Notes under the pieces: generated by a model | Databases searched by the model: none | Told to the model about the DNA's origin: nothing | What the model saw: only the letters and a program-made list of their open reading frames with translations | Program-made: the position numbers and the translations under genes | Shown: in pieces, positions 7,677-18,200 of the stretch | How positions within the stretch are numbered: position 1 is the stretch's first letter | How the letters are laid out: every line of letters begins with the position of its first letter | DNA from: a virus | Lineage: Duplodnaviria; Caudoviricetes | Strand: one strand, 5' to 3' | Virus record (IMG/VR): IMGVR_UViG_3300044984_002326 | Span: 1 to 27,783 of that record | Length of the DNA: 27,783 nucleotides

Positions 7677-8759
7677 TCAGAGCGATGCAGCGAGGTCTTC
7701 GTAGGCCTCCAAAGAATCAATCCGACCCAATGTGTCTTCCAGCTTTGTAGTGGTAGAGCTATTAGGGGTAGTGCGGGCGTTTCCGCTCGCGGGTTGAATC
7801 AGACGGCCTTTCGATTGCACGGATTTATTTCTAGCGGGTTCGGCAGAAGGATTGCGCATAGGTATGCCCAAATCTCTTGCTGCTTGTTTCGCCAGGATAA
7901 AAGGTTTTTCGGGAGAATAATAAAGTGGATCGTCGAGTTGACGCATTTGCTCGTTGAGCTCAATGATGCGTTTTGTCATGGGACTTTCAGCTTTGGCTGC
8001 ATCCGGGTAAAACCGAACTGCTTTTGCTTCGTTGTCCTGGAACTGACGCTCAAATGATTCTTGTAGCTGCTGCTCACGGGCTGTTTCACGCTGCATTTCA
8101 ATCACTTGCATATTGCTGCGCTCGTCGCGCAACTGCTCTAAACGGTCGAAAAGGTCTGCTGCTTGTTCAAATTCAAGCGATACAGTGGCTTCCCGGTGCT
8201 GTTGTCGGAGCGATGCAATCTCGGCGTCGATGTCGGCCACACCTCGTTGCTGGGCGGTGTTTCCATCCTGCCACTGCTCGTTTTGCGCTTGGTCATTGAT
8301 TCCAAGGATTGATTTTGCTTTTGTGAGACATTCCTCAAGGCTCCAATCAGGGTGGCGCTTGCGGAGGGATAGTGCTTCAATCTCTACCTCGTCTTTCGCA
8401 CGAATACGAAATCGATCGGATTTGATTGTTGCGCCGTCGTCCTCTTCTTCGTCTTCAGATCCGTCGCGGGCTTCCGCCTCTGCTCCTTCTTCTGATTCCT
8501 CTTCGGGGTCTTGCTCTGTTGATTCTTCTTCTCCACTTAACTCCTGCTCAGATTCGCTTTCTTCACTTACGTCGGTAGAAGCGGAGTAATCCTGCTCTTC
8601 CTGGTCAAGTGCATCAATAAAGTCTGTGTATTTGTTAAGTTCTGCCGCCTCTTGATCGAGGTCATTTGAAGTATCCAATGGATCTTCAACCGTCTCTTGC
8701 TCCTGCTGCGAATCGGCTTCCGCCTGATGGTCGTTTTGCATATCAAGGAAACTCCGCAT
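7677..8759 (-). CDS. Capsid scaffolding protein (acidic, coiled-coil); true start may be ATG 8741
   Basis: Very acidic disordered N-terminus, helical Q/E/R-rich middle, flexible P/S/T tail ending in a short helix. Sits immediately upstream of the capsid gene. Confidence 0.7.
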   Translation of the reverse strand: MRSFLDMQNDHQAEADSQQEQETVEDPLDTSNDLDQEAAELNKYTDFIDALDQEEQDYSASTDVSEESESEQELSGEEESTEQDPEEESEEGAEAEARDGSEDEEEDDGATIKSDRFRIRAKDEVEIEALSLRKRHPDWSLEECLTKAKSILGINDQAQNEQWQDGNTAQQRGVADIDAEIASLRQQHREATVSLEFEQAADLFDRLEQLRDERSNMQVIEMQRETAREQQLQESFERQFQDNEAKAVRFYPDAAKAESPMTKRIIELNEQMRQLDDPLYYSPEKPFILAKQAARDLGIPMRNPSAEPARNKSVQSKGRLIQPASGNARTTPNSSTTTKLEDTLGRIDSLEAYEDLAASL

Positions 8760-8806
8760 TTCTTAATATCTTGTCAATCCGAAAGATTTTGGGTAAATGT
8801 TTTTTA
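8741..8806. promoter_or_regulatory. Putative divergent promoter region centred on TTGTCAA (8771-8777)
   Basis: Perfect TTGACA on the minus strand (8777-8772) overlapping TTGTCA on the plus strand (8771-8776), in the AT-rich gap between divergent genes. The -10 hexamers at 17-nt spacing are weak (GAGTTT; TAAATG). Confidence 0.45.
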
Positions 8807-9471
8807 TGAGCGAGCCGCAATCAGTATTTCCAATGGGAGGCGGCCTGGCTGGGCCAATGGGCGGGTCAGGAGGCGGTTTGCCGGAGGATATGATGTTCGC
8901 CCGTATGGCTCATCTTGAAATGTTTATTGGAAGCTTTGCCCCGCACCTAATCGATGCCAAGATCGATGGGATTACAAAAAGATTGCTAATTATGGCAATC
9001 AGACAAGCTGGGTCGGGAGAGTATTATGAAAAACATCCTTGGAAAGTAACTTACAACGCTCCAGACCCAGAAATAGAAGACCCCCCAAATGAATGGAGCT
9101 TCATAGGTGATACGGTTTATTTTTGTGGGCAAGGTGATGATATTTTGGTCGCGGATGGAACCGTAACGGGAGAGACTGGATACGTCTTGCTGAAAATAAC
9201 CAGAAGCGCCAGCGCAAGAGAAGGAACAGCCGCAGAAGTAATTTGGTCTGAAGACGTTTTAGAATCCGGTCAGAACTATCAATACAGAGTTTTAGCCAAA
9301 GTTATTGAAGGAACTCCAGCCACTGAAGAGACACCGGGAGAGCCGCCAACAATAATCCAATATCAGTTTGAGGAAATTCGATTGTTTGAAGAATTGGTTG
9401 TAATCAACGGTGATTTTGCTTTGCAGGTATATGAAATTAGCCACAGAAACAATTACGACCTACCACCATAA
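8797..9471 (+). CDS. Hypothetical acidic protein (224 aa; start may be ATG 8806), first gene of the inverted cassette
   Basis: ORF track; no comparable ORF on the minus strand. TAATG overlap with the next gene. HPWKV motif followed by beta-rich sequence. Confidence 0.75.
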   Translation: MFFMSEPQSVFPMGGGLAGPMGGSGGGLPEDMMFARMAHLEMFIGSFAPHLIDAKIDGITKRLLIMAIRQAGSGEYYEKHPWKVTYNAPDPEIEDPPNEWSFIGDTVYFCGQGDDILVADGTVTGETGYVLLKITRSASAREGTAAEVIWSEDVLESGQNYQYRVLAKVIEGTPATEETPGEPPTIIQYQFEEIRLFEELVVINGDFALQVYEISHRNNYDLPP

Positions 9472-10364
9472 TGGCTAACGGAGTATTTACTCGAAACAAA
9501 AGATTTGAATGGGTTGATGGTCAAGTTACTAACGGAACCCCCGACGAAGGATTTGTGGCTTGTGGCGATGGGACAGCATTTCCAATGGAGGTAACGCTAG
9601 ATCAAATAGCTGAAATTTTCTACAGGGTCAAAGATGCTTGGTTCACAGGAGGCAGCGCATCATGGGAGATTGATGTCTTTGGAACGCCATCGGCTTCAAT
9701 CTCAGCACCTACAAGTGCTCCAACAAACAGGACGCTAGAGATTGATGGAGTGACGTATCAAAAAAGAGGTTACACAATCCTTGACGCATACCCATACAAC
9801 GGCGCGACATACGATGCAGGTATCGGCAACTATTACAGCGATATTGCAGACAACGAGAACGGGATGTGGAAGGATGCGTGGAATGACCCAGATCACGTCG
9901 ATGCGTTTTCCTATGAACAAGATGACCCAAACAGCATCCAAGGAGGAGATCCTGAATGGTGGGGCGACACGGGACTTGGAGTCTATGCAAAAGTCTACCG
10001 AGGAAAGCGTGTGGCAGTCGTCAAAGCAGATCCGGCAGATGGTCTATATGCTCCAACTAATCAGTTCTTTCTAGAGATCGAGATGTATTGGTTCGATTAT
10101 GGCATCGTTCCGTTTGGAGGCAGCACCAACATTTATAACTCTCAGGGCGGAGCCGGTGATTTTAGCTCTCGGGCAGTCTTGATTTCAAACTACATCTTGA
10201 GACTCGCAACGGGAGATGCAACTTGTCCGGTCTACTTCGATGCGCTTGGATCGATTAATGAGACAGGCACCGATTTCATCCATGAACCGCAGGTCTGGTG
10301 GCCATATGCCAAGGACAATCCAGCCGTGCCTGTTTGGGATACTGACAACGGCGCAAAGCTCTAG
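9471..10364 (+). CDS. Hypothetical acidic, Trp/Tyr/Asp/Gly-rich protein (297 aa), possibly virion-surface
   Basis: ORF track; translationally coupled to the upstream gene. Aromatic-rich, beta-type composition. Confidence 0.8.
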   Translation: MANGVFTRNKRFEWVDGQVTNGTPDEGFVACGDGTAFPMEVTLDQIAEIFYRVKDAWFTGGSASWEIDVFGTPSASISAPTSAPTNRTLEIDGVTYQKRGYTILDAYPYNGATYDAGIGNYYSDIADNENGMWKDAWNDPDHVDAFSYEQDDPNSIQGGDPEWWGDTGLGVYAKVYRGKRVAVVKADPADGLYAPTNQFFLEIEMYWFDYGIVPFGGSTNIYNSQGGAGDFSSRAVLISNYILRLATGDATCPVYFDALGSINETGTDFIHEPQVWWPYAKDNPAVPVWDTDNGAKL

Positions 10365-10444
10365 TTTGACTAACCGTTTATGATTTTTCTCGCCAAATTA
10401 CGACTTACTCAGTAATTTGCGGTCGTAACAACCAATAAAAAATT

Positions 10445-10765
10445 ATGGCATTTGACCCAATCCCTACCGCACTATTCCCAGGCTGGACTGAAGATGGAAC
10501 CGATATTACGCTTCCTATCGCGGATCTTCCTGAATTGACGGCCGCTGAAGCTGACGCAGCAACCGGAGACTCCCGGAAAATCATTTACGCTTTCTTGGAG
10601 CAATTTTACGCTTGGTATAACGGCCTTGCAATTGCCGATCGCCCCTCTCGGATCACAATTAGTCGCGGAACCAACGTGGAAACTTCGCCGGGACTATTTA
10701 CCCGCAGTTACACGTTTCAAGTTGTTACTGAATCTGGCGCTCCGCTTGATGTGGCTGACGAGTAA
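10445..10765 (+). CDS. Hypothetical phage protein (106 aa)
   Basis: ORF track; A-rich leader (aacaaccaataaaaaattATG) resembling the capsid gene leader; protein-like composition. Confidence 0.75.
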   Translation: MAFDPIPTALFPGWTEDGTDITLPIADLPELTAAEADAATGDSRKIIYAFLEQFYAWYNGLAIADRPSRITISRGTNVETSPGLFTRSYTFQVVTESGAPLDVADE

Positions 10766-10772
10766 AATCGGC

Positions 10773-11096
10773 TTACAACCCGTATTCTGTTCCGTCGCCA
10801 GGAAATCTTCCTGATGCGGCTAATACGTTGCATTGCGCGTTACGATGATCAACTGGCCATCTGAGAACTTCCAAAATGCCTAAACGGTGATTTCTTTTGG
10901 CTTCGCGCTCTTTTTCAATCAATGCGTCATTGTGAAGTATTTCGTCGGCCAGTAAATCAGCTCGTTCTTGAAAGTATTGCATAAACTCCTGAAATTCAGG
11001 TGAGCGCATGAGCTGATCAATACTGCTTACCGCTTCTGCGGCTCTTTTTAATACCTCGTCGGATTGTTTTTGTTGTGCGGGTCGTATTGTGTTCAT
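10773..11096 (-). CDS. Small helical protein downstream of portal (Bbp19-like position and pattern), 107 aa
   Basis: ATGA overlap with the portal stop. IDQLMRSPEFQEFM...RLGILEVLRWP pattern of small genes found between portal and scaffold. Confidence 0.6.
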   Translation of the reverse strand: MNTIRPAQQKQSDEVLKRAAEAVSSIDQLMRSPEFQEFMQYFQERADLLADEILHNDALIEKEREAKRNHRLGILEVLRWPVDHRNAQCNVLAASGRFPGDGTEYGL

Positions 11097-13288
11097 AAAT
11101 TAGGAGCTCCTTGCCGGGGCTTAGGCTTGGCGGCCTGTGCTACTTGCGTCGCGTTTGGCATACCTGCTGGCGGTGCCTGGATAACGGTCGGCTGGATGAT
11201 TTCATCCACGGCGGAAACTTGCAAGGCTTTGAGCATATCCTGGAAGAGCTTTTGGGTGCGCTCTTGGATCTCCGGTGCCATCGCATAAAAACGCTCCACC
11301 AACTCCACGGCTCTTACCGAGCTTTCGAGGATCTGCTCGCCACGGTAGCGAGTGAGTAGGATCCTGGTATCGATTTCCATGTCGGCGATCTCGCCCGGAT
11401 CAATTTGAAGCATTTCCTCGGCACCTTCTCCGCCTTCGCCTTCTTCGAAGTAGCGATAAACCTCCATCTTGTCCAAGTTGGCGAAAAGAAGTCGAACCAT
11501 CTTTTGAAGGGTGCCCGAGACGCCTGGTTCCAAGTGGCCGAGATACAAGCTGAAAAGCTCCTGGCCGCTTTTCTCGATGTTCCTGATGCCAGTGGCAAGT
11601 TTCTGTGAATCCATACCCACGGCCTGGCCGTCGTTGGCGTTGTTTACTCCGGATTCCGTTACCATGAGCTGAAGGAAGAACTCGGTGAGCTCCTTGATAT
11701 TGTCCTTCGTGTTGTTTTCCAGATAAACCGACTCCAAACAATCTTTGGCTGACTTGCCAGGAAGCGGGGTGTAGGTGCCTCCCCAATTCAGCGCCAGGCC
11801 GGAGTTGGCTCGGCCTTCCAAAGTGTTGTGAGGGTTCCAGAAATCCACGCGGGCTGCGCGCGATTGGGCAAAGTTCCAGCGGTTGACCAGTAGATCGACA
11901 ATCTGCTGGGAGGATTCGAACATCTCCATTGTGCCGATACCATACCAACGGCCGGGAACTTCGTTGACTCGTGTTACCGAAAACGGCCGCAAACCGTCAG
12001 GAGTGACGTTGGCAACGTAATCATAGAAAATCGGGGTGCGGGTCTTGCGATCGACAATCAGCATGATGTCTTCAAGCAGGCCGTCGCCGTCGGCGTCGTA
12101 GCGGAGGTGAAATTCTGCGATCTTTGCCAGCGGTGCGGTGCGGTCGCCACGGTTGAAAGCGCTGCCGCTTCCCATGTTGCTGTCGGCCGTGTTCTGGCCG
12201 CTTTCGGGCTCCGGGGTGGAATGAGCAAGCTCGCTGATCAGGTTGATCGCTTTTTGCACGTCGCCATAGTGCTGCATCGCTGTTGCAGATTGTTCGGTTT
12301 GTTTTCTCCATTGGTCCGCCAAATCCATTACGGCCTGGTCGTAGAGGTGCACAACGCAATCGGCGGTCTGCACATCTTCCGCGTCGAGTGGGCAAAGGAA
12401 GTCGAGATAATGGATCGTTTTTGCTTCTGGTCCTTTGTATTGGGTGATGCGGCGGGTAATCGGTTTTTCTTGCCAGATCATGTTTTGCGGCTGCGGAGTC
12501 TGTCCGTCTCGCTTCAATACCATTACATTTCCCATCATTTGCTCTCCGGTCATTGGATCTTGAATCACTTGCTGGATCCACAAGTCGGTTTCGAGAATGA
12601 AATCACCATCAAGGCCAAGAATGTCGGCCCCGGCCTCGTCCACAAGCACGGTAGCTGTGGTTTTGTAGTATTGCTCCCGGTTTGCCCAGGTGGTTTTCAC
12701 TACCGCTTCCCCAAGCGTGAAAGCGCGCTCAATAGCCTGCTCTTGTGATCTTTTGAGCTTGGCTTGATCCATTTTCCAACGGGTGTATCTGTCTGCTTTG
12801 TCGGCCCTGATCCGGTCGGCGGCTCCTACCGGGTAAATACTAAACCAAGGATCGGTGCCAAAGAAGTAATTGACGGCACGGGCAACCATTTGACGGGCAA
12901 TTTTGCGGGCAATCGGCACAACAAGGTTGGATTCGGCGAAAATGCCTCCCAGGATGTAGGCACGGTGCTCCACGTTGTTTTGTGAAACCAAATCGTAGAG
13001 CCTGCGCTTTCCTAAGAAGGTGCGCTCGGTTGGAACTCCGCCTTCAGGATCGCGATATTCTCCAGTTGCGGCCGTATCGTTCATCCACCAGTCTCCGGCT
13101 CCGGCTATATCCCGGCCAAGCTCGCTTTCAAGCTGCTGAAGTCGATCAAAAGCATGATTGATCAATTCCGCCTCCTGGGTGCGGTTTAAGACGTAATTGG
13201 TAGGGAATGGCATCAACGGTGATTCCCCATCGTCCTCCAGTGGAATATGCTGTGCCTGTGCTGAGATTCTGTCGAGTTGGTCGTCCAT
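11093..13288 (-). CDS. Portal protein (podovirus/P22-like), 731 aa
   Basis: Size and position, plus AFTLGEAVVKTTW, IHYLDFLCPLDA and RPFSVTRVNEVPGRWYGIGTMEMFESSQQIVD segments typical of podoviral portals, and a Q/P-rich C-terminal tail. Confidence 0.85.
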   Translation of the reverse strand: MDDQLDRISAQAQHIPLEDDGESPLMPFPTNYVLNRTQEAELINHAFDRLQQLESELGRDIAGAGDWWMNDTAATGEYRDPEGGVPTERTFLGKRRLYDLVSQNNVEHRAYILGGIFAESNLVVPIARKIARQMVARAVNYFFGTDPWFSIYPVGAADRIRADKADRYTRWKMDQAKLKRSQEQAIERAFTLGEAVVKTTWANREQYYKTTATVLVDEAGADILGLDGDFILETDLWIQQVIQDPMTGEQMMGNVMVLKRDGQTPQPQNMIWQEKPITRRITQYKGPEAKTIHYLDFLCPLDAEDVQTADCVVHLYDQAVMDLADQWRKQTEQSATAMQHYGDVQKAINLISELAHSTPEPESGQNTADSNMGSGSAFNRGDRTAPLAKIAEFHLRYDADGDGLLEDIMLIVDRKTRTPIFYDYVANVTPDGLRPFSVTRVNEVPGRWYGIGTMEMFESSQQIVDLLVNRWNFAQSRAARVDFWNPHNTLEGRANSGLALNWGGTYTPLPGKSAKDCLESVYLENNTKDNIKELTEFFLQLMVTESGVNNANDGQAVGMDSQKLATGIRNIEKSGQELFSLYLGHLEPGVSGTLQKMVRLLFANLDKMEVYRYFEEGEGGEGAEEMLQIDPGEIADMEIDTRILLTRYRGEQILESSVRAVELVERFYAMAPEIQERTQKLFQDMLKALQVSAVDEIIQPTVIQAPPAGMPNATQVAQAAKPKPRQGAPNL

Positions 13289-13300
13289 TACTGTATTTTC

Positions 13301-15250
13301 TTATTTGAGGTTTCTCCAGGCTTCCTGCATCACAAGAACACGTTTGGCTATTTCGCGAGAATCAGAAACAATTTCTCTGAAGCGTTTAATATCCATTTCG
13401 GTTGGGTTGTCGATGTTGAAAGGCGTTCTTTTTACTTGTGATTTAATTCTATCTCCAGCCACTTTTACAAATTTGGAGTATTGATCGGCGCTCATTGTCA
13501 CTGATTTTTCTTTTGTGATAGGATCGGTGTAAGTTTTTCCAGCGCTAGATGGTGCCACTAGGTCTGCGTTTGGATTCTGGCGAATCCAGTTGTAGAGCAT
13601 CTTGTCGGTTTTTTCTGACGCGCCATAAACGGTGGTGTCGGTAGGATCAAAAATCCGGCCTAAAGCGGTCTTACCTGGCTTTTCCTGATCCTGGCCGTAA
13701 AGATTTACTTTTGCGGGAAGCCCGGTGATTTCTCCGGATGGGAAGGTTGCAGCAATCAGCATATCCTTGAACTCGGTCGGTCTTTCGCGGAAAAGCGGAT
13801 CGGATTCGCGGAGAGCTTGCTTCACAAAGTTTGGCATGATCACCGAAAGGCGATCGGCCGCAAACTTATCGATAGCGCCTTCACCGCTGAGAATCTCCAG
13901 CATATCGGCGGCTCCGCGCAGCGAAGTTTTTTCGTTGATCTGGGAAGTGAGGCCGGAAAGTGCCTTGCCAACCATTTCCCCGGTGCCAATCTTGCCAGAA
14001 GTGCGAAGTTTTACCGCTTTGAGGGTGTCAACCGTGCCTCCCATCATTGTGGCGAATGGCTCGATACGGCCGTAACTAACCGAAAGCCGTTTTCCGCCAG
14101 GCATCTTGATGGAGATCGTGTAGGGACCTAAGCCCATGCGGTAGCCAAGCTCGCGCTCACCTTTTTTTGTGTCCTTGTAAGGCCGGGATCCGGTGATAAG
14201 GATGGTTTTCTCCAAGTCGTCGTCGTCTCCCTCTCCGAGAGCTGCCAGCACGGCCAGGAGCACAACACCTTGCATTTGTTTGGAGGCGTATTCGATCAGG
14301 CGCTCTTTGCCTCCGTCGGCATTAAGAGTGAACTTGCCGTTTTTTACGCGGAGATTGGAACCGATCAGAATCGACATATCGAGAATACTGAGCGGATTGA
14401 CGGTGCGCTCGATGCCTTGCTGCATGATGTTAAACGGAACACGGATGAACGGGATGAAGAGCATCCGAGTTAGCGTTTTCAGTGTCGCCGTTGTGCTATT
14501 TTCAAGCTCAACCGGAGTAAGCGCTTTCTGGATTTTTCCAAGGCTGAAACCTACGAAATCCATTGCGGTTCTCACTGGAACCACGTTTTCGCTCTTTTTC
14601 TTCGATTGCTGCACGGTGGATGGTTGGCCGGGAAGCGGAGCGTTGAAAGATCCTTTCAGGGCTCGATCGGCTGCCATTTGCCAGGAAATGCTTCCGGGGG
14701 TATTTACTTCCAGTTGCAGGAAGCGCGCAAACTCTTCGGTGCCCGGTGTCATTCCTTTTTTCTTGGCCATCCGGAAAGCCATAGCGCCAACCTCGGCCGA
14801 GGCCCGGAGGGTGTTGAGGAAGTCGTCAGTTGCCATCAGGATGCGCGACGGGGTGCGAATAATCCTGCCTTTCACTCCGGCAATGCTGCCAGGTCGATAG
14901 CTGGATCCTGCTTCTGCAATCCGTTGGAAATCCGGTGGACGGTTCAAGATGTCTTCTTCGAAGAATGGAATCTCGGTATTCCAGGTCGAAATAGCGTTTG
15001 ACCAGGCGCGCGCCCAACCTGGACGAAGTGCTTTCATTAGGTATTGGTATTCCCCAAGGCTTGCGTTGTCCTTGTTGCCGATCACTGAGTTAAGCATTGT
15101 CTCGAATCCTCGATCTACAACGGCCTGGTAGGTGCTGTTGACGATGCCAGTGGCGTTGACGATCATCGTCTGGAGGCCGGAAAGAATCGACGAATAGTAG
15201 TATTCCTGAACCTTTTCGATGGCGCTCGCGTTAATGGCGGCGATGGTGCG
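13301..15250 (-). other. C-terminal helical region resembling phage internal virion / DNA-ejection proteins
   Basis: SILSGLQTMIVN, RILMATDDFL, LFIPFIRVPFNI, PYTISI...SYGRIEPFATMMG patterns recalled from large podoviral internal proteins. Boundaries approximate. Confidence 0.5.
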
Positions 15251-18200
15251 GGCGATGATTGCGACGTGGCGGCGGTCGTTGATGTCGAAACGGTAGTTGG
15301 CGGCCTTCATCTTGCCTTGTGCCATCTCCAGGGCGTCGGTCTTGTATTTGGCCAAGATCACGTTCATTTCTTCGATGAGCTTATCGCCTTTGACCCGATC
15401 CTTGCCTGTGAGGGATTCCACGGTTCCGGTGATACCGGTAAGCAAGCGGAGCTCAACAACCCGTTCCATGAGGTCGGTGCGCTCGGTGGTGGTAAAAGCG
15501 TAATCCTCCAACCCTTCGCTGAACTCTGGGCGGTTCCAATCAACCTCATAGGCCTTTTTGGGTTCCAGGGTCTTTGGTTTGCGCTTGGTAGGGTTTTGCT
15601 TCTTCCATTCGCGGATCGCTGCTTTGCGGCCGCGCTCGGTGGCGGCTTCCGCGTCAAGGATTCGCGCCTGTTCGGCCGTCGCGCCCAGCGATTGAGCGAT
15701 ACGGGCGAAATTCGGCACGGGCTTGGCCAGGTGGGCTCTAATCAACTTGTTGAGCTCGTCCTCTTTGCCTGCTGTCTTCCAAGCGAGGGTGTCTGACTGG
15801 CTGATTGCAAGGCGATCGATCCAGCGTTGCGCGATCCGGTTGGCTCCGGCCTCCAGTGAATCCTCATCGTCTTCGATCTTCTTCGGCACTTTCTTGGCGG
15901 TCGGGATCCCTGACTTCTTCTGAAGCGATTGTGGAATACCGAATCCAACTGAAATGATACGATCAATCTCGGCTTGGACCTGCTCCGGAGTAAGTCCACT
16001 TAGGGCTGCTGACTCAAGCGCTCCCTTCATCTGGTCTTTCATGTCCTCCAGGGTCATGCCCGCCTCAACCTTGGCGCGGATCTTCTCTTCGAGCTTTTTG
16101 TAAAGGTCTGCCCGGATCTTTTCGATCTTGGCATCCGGAAGGCCTGTTTTGCGTCGGATCGCGTCGAAACCGTTACCTTGCTGCATGAGCTTCACGGCCA
16201 GGCGGCTCGCGTTGTCCATCTTGTCGGTGATGTTCCGGATGATCCGGTTCTGACTCAGTGAAAGGAAAGCTTCGCCGTTTAATACCTCGTCGATAGTCAC
16301 TCCCATCTTGGCGAGCTCTTTCTCGATGCGTTTGATCTGATCCACGGTTTGCTTCTCGATCTCCTGCTCTTTGGCTGCCTGCTGCTCTTTGGTGCCGCTG
16401 CCAAAGCGCTCTTCGATGTTCCTCATGTCCTTTTCAGGAAGAGTGGTGATCAGGTTCACAAGCTGCTCTCTGTGGCGCTGCTCTGGCTTTTTGAGGGTGT
16501 CCACCCCGGCTGCCATCACTCGCGCGATGTTGGCGCGGGCGGAGCGGTAGGCGTTGCGGAGGATTGCAACCTTGGCGAGTTTGGCTGGATCTCCCCCGGC
16601 CTGCTTGGCACGGCGCTCCATGATGATGCGAATTGCTACCACGAGCTCCGGATTGAGCTGTTGGGCGTCAAACTCAACTCCACCTGCGTCGGCGGCTTTG
16701 TCGGCCTGCAATGCGGCGGCCAGCCATGTTCTGACAACTTTATCTTCGTCTTCATTAGCAAGTTTTTCCCCGGCTTTGTTCCATTGTGCCCAGGTTTCTC
16801 GGTTGGCGTAAAGTTTGCGGATCTCGTCTTCCTCGTCGAACAAATCACGAGTTTCCTCGCTCATGCCTGGGTTAGCCAGATCTGGACGGCCAACAACTTT
16901 GCCTTCTTCCTTGAACGCAGCTTGCTGCTTGCGGATCTCTTCACGCTCTTCCAGGGTTCCCATTTCGCCGAGATCGTCTTCCAGCGGGGCGTTGTAAAGC
17001 GCCTGGCCTGCTCCTACGGCCTTGCGAAGCTCTGGAGTAATGGTGATTTTCCAGAAGTCTCGAACTGTTGGATCGTTCTTCTCAAGCCAATCCTCGGCCG
17101 CTCTGATTGACTCAAAATCGGCAATTCCTTCCAAAGTGACACGATGGCGAATAATAACCTCTTGTTTTGAGTCCACGTCGGCTCCAATGTCTTCCGCGTC
17201 GAGAATATACATTCCCTCGGAAGCTTCGGAAAGTTTAGCTTTCTCGACCTTGGCTCCCCACTGTTTGACATACTTGCCGATTTCCTTCGGAAGCATGGTG
17301 TCATAGAAGCCTTTCATTCCTTTCCCTCCTATATTAAGCCCTTCCCCACTCAATTCCCCAGATTCACGGCTTAGTATTAGATCAGCTACATCTTTCCCTA
17401 TTACTTCATCCAAGCGGGAACCATCGGGGACAATTCCTGCTGCTGATTCCCCTGAATTATTGATAACTGTTCCGTCAGGTTTAACGAAGAATGTGAACCC
17501 GTTTTGACCTATGGGTTCAATAAATACATCTCGATTTATGCTATTCTTGCTCGTTACCCAGTCAATAGACTTAATGTGGTTTGATAGGTTGTATCTATCG
17601 TTCTGCGTTTCTCCGGTCGTCCAGCCGATCCAATCCTTGCCGGATCTCACCGCGTCGCGCAAAGCGCGCTTGAACATCTGGAGCGGCCAGCTTGTGCGAA
17701 ATGGTGCGTCGGCGATTCCTTCCTCTCTTTTGTCATGGAAGACTTCGTTCAAATCGACATCGGATCCAACCGCGTCGCTTAATCTTTTCCACTGATCGCC
17801 TGTCGGGCGGGCTGCTGTGGATAATGGCTCTTCCAATAAATGATCAATGTCGGCACGGGCGGCTGCTTCGGTCATTCCTCCGGCGATAGCGGCCTTCAAG
17901 ACGTTTTCAGGAAAATCTCCCTTGTAACCCTTCTTCCGTCCCGCCTGGTGGCGATCGCTTTGGATCTCTTCGATAAAAAGGCCTTTTTCATCCCGATTCA
18001 CTTCTTTGATCTCCAGTGAATAAGTAGCGGGGTATTGCTTCATATCAGCTTCCGCTTCCCCAAGGGTAGCAAACACCGGACCTGTTCTTCCGCTCTTGGT
18101 ATTCCGGACAGTGTAACCTTTGCCGGGAAGCGAGCGCTCGTTAAGCCTCATGTGGGCGACGTAGTTCGGGACGTCAGGAAAATGCGTAGATCTATAATCT

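Noticed and set aside
10366-10394. TTGACT as the -35 of a promoter for the 106-aa gene
   Set aside because: No acceptable -10 hexamer at 16-18 nt spacing.
8760-10775. Cassette as a recombinase-driven invertible segment or IS element
   Set aside because: No flanking inverted repeats, target duplication, invertase or transposase seen by eye.
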